Below, in pieces: positions 1 to 64,000 of a stretch of DNA of 64,000 nucleotides. The stretch lies in assembly GCA_964252035.1 (NCBI GenBank), contig OZ176200.1. One strand, given 5' to 3'. A program made the translations under genes and the position numbers. Source of the stretch: Podarcis erhardii (lineage: Eukaryota). Position 1 is the first letter of the stretch; each line of letters starts with the position of its first letter. The notes beneath the pieces are model-generated. The model ran no database searches and was not told the DNA's origin. It saw only the letters and a list, made by a program, of their open reading frames with translations.

Positions 1-28
1 CTTAACCTGCTGCTTTCTTCCTGTGTAG

Positions 29-32024
<31,996 letters not shown>

Positions 32025-32457
32025 AATTGCATCAGACAGCGTGGCTGTTGAAGAGCTGTCCATCTTTAGTTTACTAAACTAGAAGTCTTCATAGTTAAGT
32101 GGCCTCATGTAGGCCTTCTGTATACAAACTGGTTTATGTGTATAATACAGCGGATCTTGGAGGAGGATCCAAGTCATTGTGGCACAAGTCTTTGTACATA
32201 CTTTGCTTCTCTGTGAGCATTTATTGACCGTAGAAGACTGTCTGTATTAGTTTTAGTGTACAGAGCTGTAAACAACCATTCTCTTCAATCCAGTTTCTCA
32301 TAACTTTATTTGTAAAGTTGTCTTCTCTTTCTTAGCTCTTAACTCTTAGAAGCTCTTCAGTGGTTTTCCTTTTATTTTTAACAACTTCTTCTCCATCTAA
32401 TCCTTGAACAGTTTCTGTACGGACGCATGGCATGAATTAACTAAGTGTCTTTTTGTA

Positions 32458-32463
32458 AATAAA
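32458..32463 (+). terminator. CKAP5 proximal polyadenylation signal AATAAA
   Basis: First AATAAA after the stop (~430 nt), preceded by a U-rich tract. Confidence 0.75.
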
Positions 32464-34073
32464 GTTTGCATTAACTCTCTCTGGGAGCAGCAGTGGCTGT
32501 TGGTGAGAAATGTCCATCCATGTTCTTAGTTACAAGTGACTCAGCATTTCTAGTTTCCGTGAGCTGCTGTCTAAACCTTCACAGCAGATTTACTTTCATG
32601 GAGAAGCTGAGACACTAACATTGCAAGCATGCTTCAGGTTGAAGAAATCTTTGATTTCTATTGAGAGCACTGTTAGTCTTGCCATGGCTTCCAGAATAGC
32701 GTGGGGCAGAGGCAGAACATTTCACCTCCTAAAAACCACTTCCCAAGCCCTTCTCTGTATTTTAATCTAGTTAGCTTACAAGTGCTAGAATGCTCAGGTT
32801 CCTTTTAAGGATTTAGTTTCATCCATTTTGAGAACTGATTTTTTTTGACATGGTGGATGATCAGTATCCTACACTGAAGACATGTTGGCCTTTCCTCATA
32901 CATGCTGGAGCCCAGAATATTTCAATGTGCTAATTTGCTCTTAGATATATTTTTAGCTCTGCTGTCAGCCTGAAAGTTTTGTAGTAAATGTATGATCAGT
33001 GATTGCTGCTAGAGGTTGAGAACATAGTCTTGGGGACACTGTTTCCAAAATACATGTGTTCTCAGAAGGTGAATTATACTGTGGCAGTTGAAGGTCACGT
33101 GGATGTGGTTGTGGGGAATTGTTCTGGAGGACTTGCTGCTTTTATGTATGGGTTATGCATTTGTGTGCCTCTTACAATCTGAGACTCAGAACTGCTATAG
33201 CACACAGTTGTTGGAGTAATTTCTAGGTTAATCTTCCCTCCTCTGCCCCTGCCTTGGATATTTTGACATAAGTGGCATTGCACCGGCTTTAACACACTCC
33301 CAGAAATACCAGCTCTTTCCTGTGGCTGACAGAGATTTAATTTCATTTGCATTTCTTTGTGCTTGTTTAGACGTTGATTAAATAGCATTTACTATTCACC
33401 ATAGTTTAGTGTTGCATCAAATCAAATTGGTTGTCTTTATAAACTTTGTTGGTCATTGTGTACACATTATGATGTGTATGCTGATTTGGAAGCGATGCCC
33501 ATTAGAGGGCGCATCCCAGAGTGTGCATTATTTGCCTTCTGGGAGGACTCTGCACACTTCCCATTTTTAACTTGCAGTTTTTTTCAGTGAATGCCACTTC
33601 ATATTGAATCAGCTGCCTTAGCTAGGGCTATGAAAGATTGAATCAGCACCTGTCAGCCACATCATTCTATAGCACTTTGGTGTGCCTTGCAGTGGTGCAA
33701 AATGCATACAGTTTGTGGGGCTCTGAGTTGCTGCTTGTGCACATCTAGTGATAGCCTCCTCTTGTAGCTGATGCCCTGCTCCTTACTCTTATGTTGGGGC
33801 TCACACTGGTATAGTAAGTGCAAGGAACGGAGAGGTAATGGTCATTAGAAATACAATTTGCAGGGTGTGTGTATGTGTGTCATTAGTGAGATTTGGAAAT
33901 GCAATGAAGTCTCTGGCAAACTTTGTTTTCTCTAAAAAGATGCTCTCCCCACCACTAGGTGTGGCTTTAGTTTTGATACATTCTCCCCTTTCAGTGCTGG
34001 TTTCAGAAATGCCCTATTTAAGCCACGTTTAGCTTAACCTAGAGCCAATGGAAATGTTTCTACAGTATGTTTG

Positions 34074-34079
34074 AATAAA
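34074..34079 (+). terminator. Possible distal CKAP5 polyadenylation signal
   Basis: AATAAA at the end of a ~2-kb stretch without obvious TEs downstream of the stop. Confidence 0.4.
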
Positions 34080-35132
34080 TGTTACATTTTACTACTAAAA
34101 TTCTCTGTACTCCCTCAGTCTTGGTGATCAACCTATGATAGGTACTCAAGGAAAACTAGCTCCTTTGCCTACCTGCGTCTGAAAGGACAACGTCTCATCA
34201 GCATTAATATAAATAACAGGTTTTTTATGAATATAAACTATATTAATGGCGTATGCACCATATCCTAATAGCACATCCGAAGCACATTCTTTCCTTCAAA
34301 GAATTCTGGGCAGTGTAGTTTATCGTAGCCTGATTCACAATTCTCAGCAACCCATAACAAATAGGGCCCAAAATTCTTTGAGGCGGGAAATTAAAGATAT
34401 AGTATGTATGCAACCTTTGTCAATATTCATGGGATTTGACTAGTTTTCTCCATTGTATCTTTTTTATGATGCCTCACTTAGAAATGGTTCCTGCTGTAGA
34501 AAAGGCTCAATTAACAGCTGTGGCAATGGTGGGGTACATTTCTTTGCTTGCAGACACTACTGTTTTTTGTTTAATGGGATTGAATAAAACTGCATCCCAC
34601 AGCAACCGCACCAAAGAACACACAAGCTGCCCTTTGGTTTACTCCCATGAATATCATAGAGCGCTGGTTGTAGTTTCACTCTGAACTTTGAACTATATTT
34701 TTTGTATTGAAATTACTGGAAGAAAACATTCTTCAATCAAAATGTATCTGCTTTCTGCCCAGAGCCCTGAAACCGATGAACTATAGGCAACTTCTTTTAC
34801 TCTCTCCTTTTTGAAGGCAAAAACGCAGGCTAAGTGTACTCCTACCTTTGTTACTCTAAGATAAATAAGGCCACATAACTTACAACTTCTTATGCTAAGG
34901 TTGTAACCCTAGCCACACTTGAGGATTTCCCATTGTATATTGTGAGGCTTGATTCTAAAAGATCCTGCGTAGGGTTATCCTGCACAGCTATTTAACTTGC
35001 TCATTCAACCAGATACAGTACATTCACCTTAGTCACAGTTTTGCTTTGCTAACTTTTCAAGTAGTACCTGTACTGCTAAGTTCACTTTTTTGCAATTGAC
35101 AACAAAGGAGATTGAGTACTTGGTCCAGAACC

Positions 35133-35138
35133 TTTATT
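35133..35138 (-). terminator. F2 polyadenylation signal AATAAA
   Basis: tttatt on the plus strand ~110 nt after the TAA; short 3' UTR as in human F2. Confidence 0.85.
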
Positions 35139-35247
35139 GAGGTTTGTGCCAAAATACGTTTCCCTCCTTAGGCTTTTAGTTACCTGTCATGTTTGACCAG
35201 TATACATACATCTCTAAATCATTGTGCAGGTGCTGAGCTTAAGTTCT

Positions 35248-54622
<19,375 letters not shown>

Positions 54623-54690
54623 TGCGTGTGCGCCTGACTGCAGGAAGATTGCAGAGGAAATGGATGAAGAAGGATTGCAGCCCAGCCTGG

Positions 54691-54703
54691 GTTAATGTTG
54701 AAC
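54691..54703. promoter_or_regulatory. HNF1-like site in F2 proximal promoter
   Basis: GTTAATGTTGAAC vs consensus GTTAATNATTAAC, 69-81 nt upstream of ATG. Confidence 0.65.
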
Positions 54704-54894
54704 CAGGATGAAGAAACAGGAACCAGGTCACAGTATGTCAGGGACAGTAAGTTTGAAGATCTCACTATCTCACCCATCCAGGTTTTCTCTCCCTCCCTTG
54801 CATTTTTGCTTTCAGGTGCCTTGGTGGCACAAGCAGCCAATGGAACAAGAACAATTCCATCCATACATTTAGATTGTTTGTGGTCTCAGAACAC

Positions 54895-54904
54895 CAAATA
54901 AACA
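54895..54904. promoter_or_regulatory. FOXA/HNF3-like site upstream of F2
   Basis: TGTTTATTTG on the minus strand; ATTACGTCAT (bZIP-like) nearby at 54941-54950. Confidence 0.45.
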
Positions 54905-55589
54905 TGGACTGATATTAGGAAACAATATGCACGTCTTATTATTACGTCATTGTTTCAAAAAGCAAAGGACATTTGGCTATCCTGGCTTAAAATAAGGGAA
55001 CTGCCATTTGTTTAGAAAATCCTCCAGTTGCAGATATTTAATCCAGATGCCAAAAGGTCTATTTCCTGTCTTTACTTCTGTGATCCTGTTCTAGAATACA
55101 CCGAGACACTGATTTTCTTCTCCCTTCCACAATTTATAATTCTTTGATTCTTGGATGTCTCTCAGCAAAATTCCAATGAGATCCCCTTGACTTCTTTCTA
55201 AATGCCCAAAGAGAGGTGCTTGATTATATGTGTGTTGGAGAGGAGTCCAAGAAGTCAGAACAGATGGAAGACACCAAGGAGTCAAGTCATTAAATATTTG
55301 CATCCTGTTTCAGTTCATTTGTATTTTTTAAAATTTTCCCCGTTTAATTGTGGTTTGGACATAAATGAACTTAAAACAAATATTTGGTATATTGACCAGC
55401 CACTTTTAATGGGCAAACGTAATTTTCAAACAGATGCATGTCATAAACTCTTCAAGGTTGTAGTGCAAGTCCTGTAAGGTGAATACAGATGAATAATTAT
55501 TGTATTCACTGAACACGATATTCAATATTCATTGAATACAATATACAAAACCGAATACAAAAACTTCATTGGGTTCAAATGGGTATGGA

Positions 55590-56200
55590 AAGGCAGCTAA
55601 ACTCAAAGGCCCAGAGCACCTTTCAAATGAAGATAGGCTTGAGAACATGGGGTTTTACTTTATGAAGGAACACAGAAGTTTGTAAAATCATGATTGCTTG
55701 GAGCGAGCAGCTAGAGCGAAATGTCTTCTGTTTTCATAACACTTATGTACACTTAGTGTAGCTGATGGACTAGGTGCAGGACTTAAAAAGGAAGTACTTC
55801 TTCACACATAATGTAAGACAATAAGATGTGGGGATAGTCACTAGCAGCTTGGCAACTTCTTAAAAGGATTAGGCAAATTAATAAAGGCAAGGTTCATCAA
55901 AGTCTATTTTAGTTAAATGCAGTGCTATTTTTTGAGAAAAAGAGGTGCCGGAACTCACCATGAAAGCCTCCCTCATTCTCTTAGTATGGCAAAGGCACCC
56001 ACCTGACAGGTGGCAGAACTAAGTTTGAGCGAGTTCCCCCTGAAAATAGCCCTGGCTAAATGGAACCTCCATTTTCAGGGGCAGCGCAGCTCTGACTATC
56101 AGATGAACAAAACACCACAGAGTGACTATTACCTTGCTTATGAGCTTCTAGAGACATCTGACTAGAAACAGAGTGCTGGACTTGATAAATCCAGCAAAGC
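55590..56200 (+). mobile_element. Old CR1-like 3' region interrupted by a hAT MITE
   Basis: Degenerate CR1 motifs (aggaagtacttcttcacac, aaaggattaggcaaatt, tggaacctccattttcagg); ends approximate. Confidence 0.6.
55920..56054. mobile_element. hAT MITE, 135 bp (relative fragment near 13480-13520)
   Basis: TIR CAGTGCTATTTT/AAAATAGCCCTG; TSD GTTAAATG/GCTAAATG. Confidence 0.8.
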
Positions 56201-59200
56201 AATTATTATCTTCAAATTTATTGAGATGAGTCTCACTGATAAAATAATTAAATCAGGAGTCAGTACAGTTAGATCTTGAAGTTCTTAGTAGCAGCCTAAG
56301 GCCATAATCTGAGCCATATACTCTTGATCAAAAGAAATTAGCAACATCAAATTCATCACTTGGAATTTAGGTATTTGGAGATTCCAAATTAGTCCACCGT
56401 TTAGTAAAACAGGTCCCTACCCCGTCCTCATCTGAGACAAACTGTAAGTGTAGGAGGAGCTTAGAGAACTATCAATCTCACCCCCTTTCTCTTGCTCTTC
56501 TCTGTCTCTCTTCTGTAATGGTCTTCTAGTCAGTATTTGTTATCTCCACCGCACACAGGTAAATATTAGCATTAGGGTAGCTGGGAAGTGACTCTTTGGC
56601 CACTTGTACAAAGAGCAATTGCACAGTCCCTACCTCCAACAGATTGCAGAGTTTGAAGAACACAGAGTCTCTTTCTAACACAATAAAGCAGAGAGATTTG
56701 AGAAATGTCCAGTTCTGGGTCTAGCTTACTGGGATATTTAGGCAGAGCCTTAGTTCAACCACAGGAGAACATCCAGACAAAGAGTTCTGGCCCATGTATG
56801 AAGGGAAACTTTTGAAGAACATTCACAAGCTGTCAAGACTGCTTCCTGTAATATCTTCTCAAACCTGAACCTTTGTGAAGGCTGAGATAAGACTAGTAGC
56901 CCTCCTTAGTTCAGCATTTCTAACTTCCTGAACAAGTCCCCTTTTCACCTTATAACATCTGCTACAATCTCTTTCCCATTCCTACATACAGATCTAGTAA
57001 ATATTAATAACTGCCAATCCATCAGGTTGCAGCAGAAAGAAAGATGGGAAGCAGGGCCAATCAATATCTCAGCTGAGAGGCTATCTCCATTTGGCTCCAC
57101 CTCTCCTTGACTTGTTTACGTTCAGGCTGGTCTTTGCAATAACTTCGTAACTTAAAAACTGGTACCCAAGTCTGCTTAATTCTCGCCACCTTTTAAACAT
57201 GACACAAAAGATAGTAAACTATCTTGTGTGTTCGAGCTCTTACATAAGTGGCTCAAAGAGTTTTTTTGTCTGAGGCATTATCACAGGACCCCCAACCCCT
57301 TGTTTTCAAACCATGTGCACCATGCAAACAAGTGCATATGCTTAAAAGACTGGCATAAGACACCGCCCTCCAATCCGTGATTGGTTGGGATCAGTGCAAC
57401 CAACAAACGTGCTTGACACCACATCAGCAATGACAGAAGATTGAGACTCATGCGTGGATTTCTTGGGTTTTGGCATCAGCAAGTCACTTTGCAGCTATGT
57501 CAATATTGATACATGCAAAAGCTGCACCACTCTCTTGGAAAAGACAAAAAACATACATGCCAACCATTCTAGATCACTGCTCCAAATCCTACTGCCTCAA
57601 AAGACTGCTTCCTTTGTGACTGCTTGTAAATGTACCACTGGGTGAGCTCAACAGCGGGAAGTCAGTACTGTAATCTCAAGCATCTGTTTACTTTATCAAA
57701 ACAGTTTGGAAACAGTTTGGATAGCAGAGACATAGGAAAAGCAACAAGTGTAGTTATGTGACCTATTGCTACCAGAACCAAATGACAGCTGGCCCATCCT
57801 AAGTATCCAAGAAGGAAGCATGTGGTAAATGAAACCACTTTGCAGAGGCTGTGACCATATACCAGTAATAAATGATATTGTTGACAATGGGAGCCACCTA
57901 GCGAACCTCAATATATTTTCTGGAAATAGCAAAGCACTAAGGAAGAACTGTTAAAATGTCATATTGGACCACAGACACTCGCGATCCAATTTCTACCCGG
58001 TCGTGAAGTTTTGATTTGGCTTTGGGCAATTCAGACTCTCTTGGCTCAGTTTCCCATGTGTTAAAATACCCAACTGGCCTATCACCACAGGATGCTGGGA
58101 AGAAGAAAATTACTCTCAAGTAGTGAATACAACAGCATAAAGTGATATAAAAAATGGAAAATAAAAAAAATCCCATCCAACATTAATTCAAATTAGCTTG
58201 GACCAAAACTACTAACTATACATTGAAACACTATGGTGCAACATGACCTCCTGACAGGAAGTCTGTGATACTCACTGTCAAGGAAAAGCTAAACAAAAAA
58301 GTAGAAAATCTGGCAAAGTACTATGTTAAAATGAGACAATGTAATTAAGCATCATTTTCATTTGTCATTGTTTATATACTGTAATGAAATGCATTACAGG
58401 CATAGCAAAGCTCTTCCTCATTGATTTACTTCCATGTGAATGAAAACTGTCACCATTAGAATCTTGCTCCTGTGATATGAAGTGGTCTAATCCGGCAATG
58501 TTATCATTTGCAACTGCTGAGATTATATTTACCAGATCCAATGAATTGGTTTTATTTTAAAAGCAAACCTTTGGATTACAGTTACAGCCACTCTGGGATC
58601 TACAATTCTCACCCAGATTGCTATGTGTTGACTTGGGCAAAACCCAAACACTGTCTTTGTAGGTATCAAACAAATGTCTCTGGGCAGTCAGGACCCCACA
58701 TCATGGTAACAATATGCATAACCAACAACCACAATTTGGCTAGATTGCATGGTGACTATCACAGCATCACCAGCACAAGCCCATGGAGAGGTATAACTGG
58801 CAAAAGAAACACCTTTATGTTCTGTCTGAGTCACACGATTGACTGCATGTGCTACCACCGCAATGTTTTTGAGAGCTGCTTATATCACCAAGAAATGTGG
58901 GAGTTGGATCTTAGCCAATGTTGTCATTAACTGTAATTAAAGCAGGCATCTGATGGCTTCATCCCCTACTCAGATGCAGCAAGTATCAAGTTAAAGCACA
59001 TCTAAGCACAGCTTGGGCAAATGAGTCAGGAGCAGTAGCTTCCTGTTATTTATACCTTTGAAGCTAAAGAACTTTGAACCCTCACTGGTGTTGACATAAT
59101 CCTTGCACACCTCAGAAAACTGTTGGAAGTTCCTGCTCTTTTACTTAAAAAAAGATATACTTCCATACTTCCTATTGCATTAATTTTTGGACCATATGTG

Positions 59201-59580
59201 CATAACCATGTGGAAATCTGCAGACTCTTCACCACTCAGTCAGTTTTGCCACATTTTCACTAAACATATGTAACACACAAGCAGAACTGGTGCAGTTGCT
59301 GACATTGGATCAATTTGAAACAAATTCTGATAGTATAGAAGAGATGCTTAGTGAAGGCTTTCTTCCAGGCATAACCTCGTCTATCAGGCTTTTGCCCAGG
59401 CTTACGGGCTTTGGAAATGATGGTGGGAATCCAGCCTTGGCCAAACTGAAGTCACCTATTCCCTTCTAAACATCCCAGTATATATTTCATAACCCGCATG
59501 CTGTTTTCTTGCAAACACATAGAAAGAGCACATTTAGACTTCCAAAGATGTTTTAATGCCATCTGCAAAAAGACTGATGG

Positions 59581-61280
59581 TCATGTCCCCACCTCCACCA
59601 CCTCCGCCACTGTGCTAAAACTGACACCCTCTTGAATAATGAACATGTCACTGGCGGAGCCCTGCTCCTGCACAATGATGCATTCTTTCTCCGTGTCCAA
59701 GACAGCAATCTCAATGACGTTCTTGTGCTTGGCAGAGCTCTGCTGTGCGGTAACATAGTGCCCATCATTGGTGATAAGGAGCTCTGTGTGGTTTCCAGGC
59801 CCTGCCCTGTCCACAGAGTGCACTACCAGCACAGCTGACTGATCTGAAGCTGGCAGCTCCTGGGGGGCTTTCGTGCCCCTTTTGGATGGATCCCCATTTT
59901 GGTTTCCTTTGTGCTCAAGCTGGTGACGTCGCAGGCTCTGGGGGAGGGCGTAGCCCATGCCACAAATTTGGCACTGGTGCGGCTTGTCAGCGTGGTGGGC
60001 TTTCTGGTGGCGTCGCAATTTTGTGGCCAGAGGATAGGATTTGGGGCACAGATGGCAGCGGAAAGGGCGCTCGCCTGTGTGCAAACGTTCGTGAGCCCGT
60101 AACGTGTGGGGATCACGCAGTGCTTTCCCACACACTGTGCACAGGTGAGCCTCACCTGTGTGGGAGATCAGGTGACGGCGCAGCTCAGGGCGCTGTGGGA
60201 AGGCATCTCCACAGAAGTGGCAGCGGTAGGGACGCTCCCCTGTATGCAACCGAAGGTGCCCACGGAGATTGCCCTGCTGGCGGAAAGACTTGGGGCAGTA
60301 GGGGCAGGTATACGGGCGTTCCCCTGTGTGCAGCCGCATATGGTTGCGCAACGACCCAGGGTTGGCCAGCTGCCGCTCACATATCACACACTGGCAGGCG
60401 GCGGCAGCAGCAGATGGCCTTGGCTCCTTAGCCTGGTGGGTTTTGCGATGGATCCGAAGAGAGGGTCGGCGGGCAAAGGATTTCCCACAGTCAGGGCACA
60501 CAAAAGGGCGCTGGCCTGTGTGCAGCACCTGGTGTTCTTGAAGGTCCCGTTTGGTGCCGTAACTCTTGTGGCACTGTGGGCAGGGGAATGGCCGCACCCC
60601 TCGGTGGCCCAGTGTGTGCGCTTTAAAGCTTTCTTCCGAGCTATAGCTCTTGCCGCACTCTGTGCACAGGAACGGTTTGTGATCAGTGTGCACAAAGTGG
60701 TGCTTCTTCAGGTGGCAAAGCTGCAGGAAGGCTTTGCCACACTCTTCGCACCGGTATCGTCGCTCGTGGTCTACCTCCTTGAGCTGTGGAGCACCACCCA
60801 TGTTGCTTGGAGACACTTCCTCCTGCTTGGGATTTTCACTCTGCACCTCCGCCCTGTCCCTGGGTGTAGACATGGCACATCCACTGGGGGCTCCTTCAGC
60901 ACAAGACTGGCCCCTCAACACCTCCACCTTCTCAGCCAAGTGAGCACTGGGTTGAATTGCACTGAATGGAGGCGGCTGTGAACAAATGTCAGTCGGTTTT
61001 ACCTTGGATAGTGTCTCATTCACTTGCTCTGTTTGAGGATGCAGCACACCATCCTCTTTACTTCCACCCTCCTCAGCCACAGAGCAGCTCACAATGGGAT
61101 GTTTCTCTCCATGCTGCTCCTTAGAGTCCCTGAGCTCATGTTGCAGGAACCCATCTTCATTCCTTTTCTTGTGATCATTTTCCAGGCCAGGAGGTTGCTT
61201 GACTGGCAGCTTCTTATCCAGAAAAGGAAGACAATGGGTTCTGGCTTTCTGCTCCACAACCTTGGGGATATCAAGAGCAC
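59581..61280 (-). CDS. ZNF408: ZNF408 last exon: acidic linker + 10 C2H2 zinc fingers
   Basis: ttgcag acceptor at 61281-61283, phase 1, TGA at 59583-59581. Confidence 0.96.
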
Positions 61281-63273
61281 CTGCAATTTGAACCAGTAAC
61301 CATTAGCTCCCTTAACAAAGAAAACAAAGTAATTATTGACACTTCAAGGTGAGACTTCTGTTTCTATGCACTGCTCCGCACCCCACCCACTGCCTCAATC
61401 TTGCTGAACAGAGATCTTTTGCTGAGCACAGAGGCTCGAGAAGTCCCACTAGTTATCAAAGCAGTGCTTCTGAGAATTGAAACATAGCTGGTTTTAGCTA
61501 GGGAACTCTGCTTGAATTTAAATATCCTAAAAGTTTAGACTTTGGGGAGGAATATTTCAGTATCTTCTGTAAGGCTCACTTTGGAAGCACAGCTTCATTA
61601 ATCTTTTTGACGCAAATTGAATTTCTCTAAAGTGCTTTACTACATAACTTAGAATGAGGTTACAGAAATGTGTAGAAACAGCAAATTTCAACACTTTTAT
61701 CATTCGTAATCTTTGCTCTTTTCTTTAGAAAGCAAGAATTGCAAACTAAAACAGCTTATCCACACAGTCACAATACCAGGGACCTGTGTTTCTCCCTTAT
61801 TCACAACAAGCAGAGTTACCTTGAGCAGTTTAATTCACGTAAGAAAATTCTTAAGGAAACAGACATGGATATAGAATGTCATAGGGAAATGAAGTTCTGT
61901 GTACACATTTGTGTGTGAGGAAACAAAGAGATAGTAAGGAGCCTGACTGATTCTAGCATTATAGACAGGAGTTGCCCACATATCTTAAAGGGCCAGGAAC
62001 ATAAGTAACTAAATAGGCTCCTCACAGTGTATGAACATGCAAATAACCATAACTTAAAAGGAGGAACCATAATCTGTGCACTGCACCTAAAGTCAGGCAT
62101 CTGGATTCTGCATCAAGAGCTGAAGCTTAAAGTCTGAATTAAAATAATTCTTAGTGCCCCCACCAAACTACAACTCTCAAAGATTATTTGTGGGTTCCCA
62201 TGATTGTTAAAATGGTATAAAACTAACACAAGCTTATAGTTCAGACATACCCTCAGATACCGGATCAAATGTACTCTGGCATGATAAACATTCTGATTCA
62301 CCATGTGGAATTCTCAAAGAAATCGCCTCCTCCAGCACTGCAATAAAATAGCAAAGCACTGTTTGCAAGGGTGGGGCTGGCCAGTGCTGTTGAGCAAAAT
62401 AAAGGTCACTGGGTAGAGGAGTGGACATTGGCCTGAGTTCCACTTCTGCCTGGCTGTGGGTTGATTGAATTGTTCTGGGCAAGAATATGCTTCCACACTT
62501 GGTTCCCATTCTCTGTACTTGGGATGCTGAAAGCCAGCCTCTTAGGGGATTGTACCCTGAAAGCACTGCAGAAATATTCCTTATTCACAGCAAGAGAGTG
62601 TATACATTCTGAACAAGTTGCCTCCCACAGTATCATTTGAAGGGGAAAAGGAGCCCCTACCTTTCAAGTTAAAATATTACTATCAGTCTGAGTTTGTTCA
62701 CAGATGACAATTTAGGTCTGTGAAAATGAAATCATGTACCATAAACTCTTTTTGTGAAAGGAAGGACAAAACACAGGGTGCTTCAACTACAGTTGCCTGG
62801 GTGTGCAGAGTTTGGCAGTGGAGTTCTTTGCTTAAGGAACATGCATTTTTCTATTACCAAGTATGTTAAGTCATTTTTTTAAAGAATAAAAACCCTTCCT
62901 GTTTCTGATGCTGCTTAAATCACCCGTGATACCACCTTCTGACTAAGATTCTAGGAATTCGGGTACAGTACCTGCAAAGGAATCTATTGCATCGCCATCT
63001 AGGGAAGCATCTCCTTTCTGTGTCAAAGTCTCTGCTTCCACAGTGGTGGTCTTAGCTAGCTGCTCCTCTACCGTTTTCCTCTCTGCGACAAATACCCCAT
63101 CTGATATATTTGCTGGTGCATTCTTTTCCAGGCAAGCGGGACTGGCCTCTGCTAACCAGTACAGCAGTTCAGTGCCAGCAGCAATGGGACAGGATACTCG
63201 GATGTGGAGCTCCCCATTGATCCATCCTAATGCCACATTTGCCTCATCTTTATCCCGGCTTTGCTTCACCAAG
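59581..63273 (-). CDS. ZNF408: ZNF408 (PRDM17), last two coding exons; 5' exons outside window or not found
   Basis: 10 C2H2 fingers nearly identical to human ([38 protein letters not shown]), C-terminal EVVEVGT, synteny with F2. Confidence 0.97.
62972..63273 (-). CDS. ZNF408: ZNF408 penultimate exon ([14 protein letters not shown]...GTELLYWL...DSFA), PR/SET-like remnant
   Basis: tgttttacag acceptor splits Ser as in human S131; gtactg donor, phase 1; 302 nt. Confidence 0.88.
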
Positions 63274-64000
63274 CTGTAAAACATATTATGCCAAGCATCA
63301 GTATCCAATATGGGCTTTGTCCGAAGTACAGGGGCATTACAAGGCTCTAGAGAGGCAGTGCAAGTGGGTGTTATGCGAGACTTAAGGGGGCCTCAGTCAG
63401 GTCTATCAACTAATATGTCTATAGATCCTGACGGTTTTTTTGAGCAGACTCCTAGGAAAAGTCAATTCAGAATACTTTTTTTGAAGTTACCTTTTGTTGA
63501 GACAGATTTTTGAGTCCATCTAACTCAGCATTGTTCACATACACTGACTGGTAGTAGTTCTTCAGAGTTTTAGGCAGGGGTCCTCCTTGGAGGTACAGTG
63601 ATTGAGCCTTTAAACTTTCCTGAAAGCAGTTTATGAAACCATACAGCTAACAAAACACCTAGTTCATACAAAATGGATTCTGATAGTGGCCATGCAAGAG
63701 TACTGATTAAGGGTACAAAAGACTTGCGGCTGCTTCAACGTTTGTTATATTTAAAGTCACATATAGGAAGTTTAATCAGCACAAAATTGCTGGCTCATGA
63801 CTGATTGGTTAAATTGCCCTCTCCAAAGGCTAAATGAATATATTTAGCTTTACCATCCTATTTTTTAGGAAGATGAATAATTATTTAAGAGATCTTTGTT
63901 AAACTGAATAGAAATTTATTGCTAGCTGCAAAATATTGAGTTGTATTCAATTAAGTCCAGGCAGAATAGAGCCAATGAAATTAATGAGCCTAAGTGAGTC

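Noticed and set aside
59886-60981. Long plus-strand ORFs (291 aa, 181 aa) over the zinc-finger exon
   Set aside because: Antisense shadows of the GC-rich, repetitive ZNF408 finger codons; no recognisable domain.
63274-63346. In-frame upstream extension of the ZNF408 exon (ORF 62943..63308, acceptor at 63347)
   Set aside because: The acceptor at 63274 matches the human intron position and phase, so the extension is most likely intronic.
63491-63547. Possible ZNF408 exon 3
   Set aside because: AG/GT pairs exist, but the frame required by the phase-2 junction contains TGA.

Overview
Vertebrate genomic DNA from a squamate reptile; the TE repertoire suggests a lacertid lizard (inference). The window holds the conserved ZNF408-F2-CKAP5 block of human 11p11.2. 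On the + strand are the 3' 31 coding exons of CKAP5/ch-TOG/XMAP215 (29..32024, 1483 aa plus stop). Two extra cassette exons are missing from the ORF track: a 69-nt exon resembling the XMAP215 linker insert and a 24-nt neural-type microexon. An intronic SNORD67 (U6 C60 guide) also lies in CKAP5. On the - strand are a complete 14-exon prothrombin gene F2 (54622..35248, 613 aa, convergent with CKAP5) and the last two exons of ZNF408 (PR/SET remnant plus 10 C2H2 fingers). Introns carry tRNA-SINEs, CR1 and L2 fragments, Tc1/mariner and hAT MITEs, and a ~2-kb L1-like non-autonomous element with a hairpin-array 5' end and one coiled-coil ORF. The best leads are that element, the SNORD67 / cryptic acceptor / U6-fragment cluster, the hidden CKAP5 exons and a 127-bp near-perfect palindrome. 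I found no prokaryote-type system (CRISPR etc.). Homology calls rest on recalled protein and RNA sequences; no searches were run.
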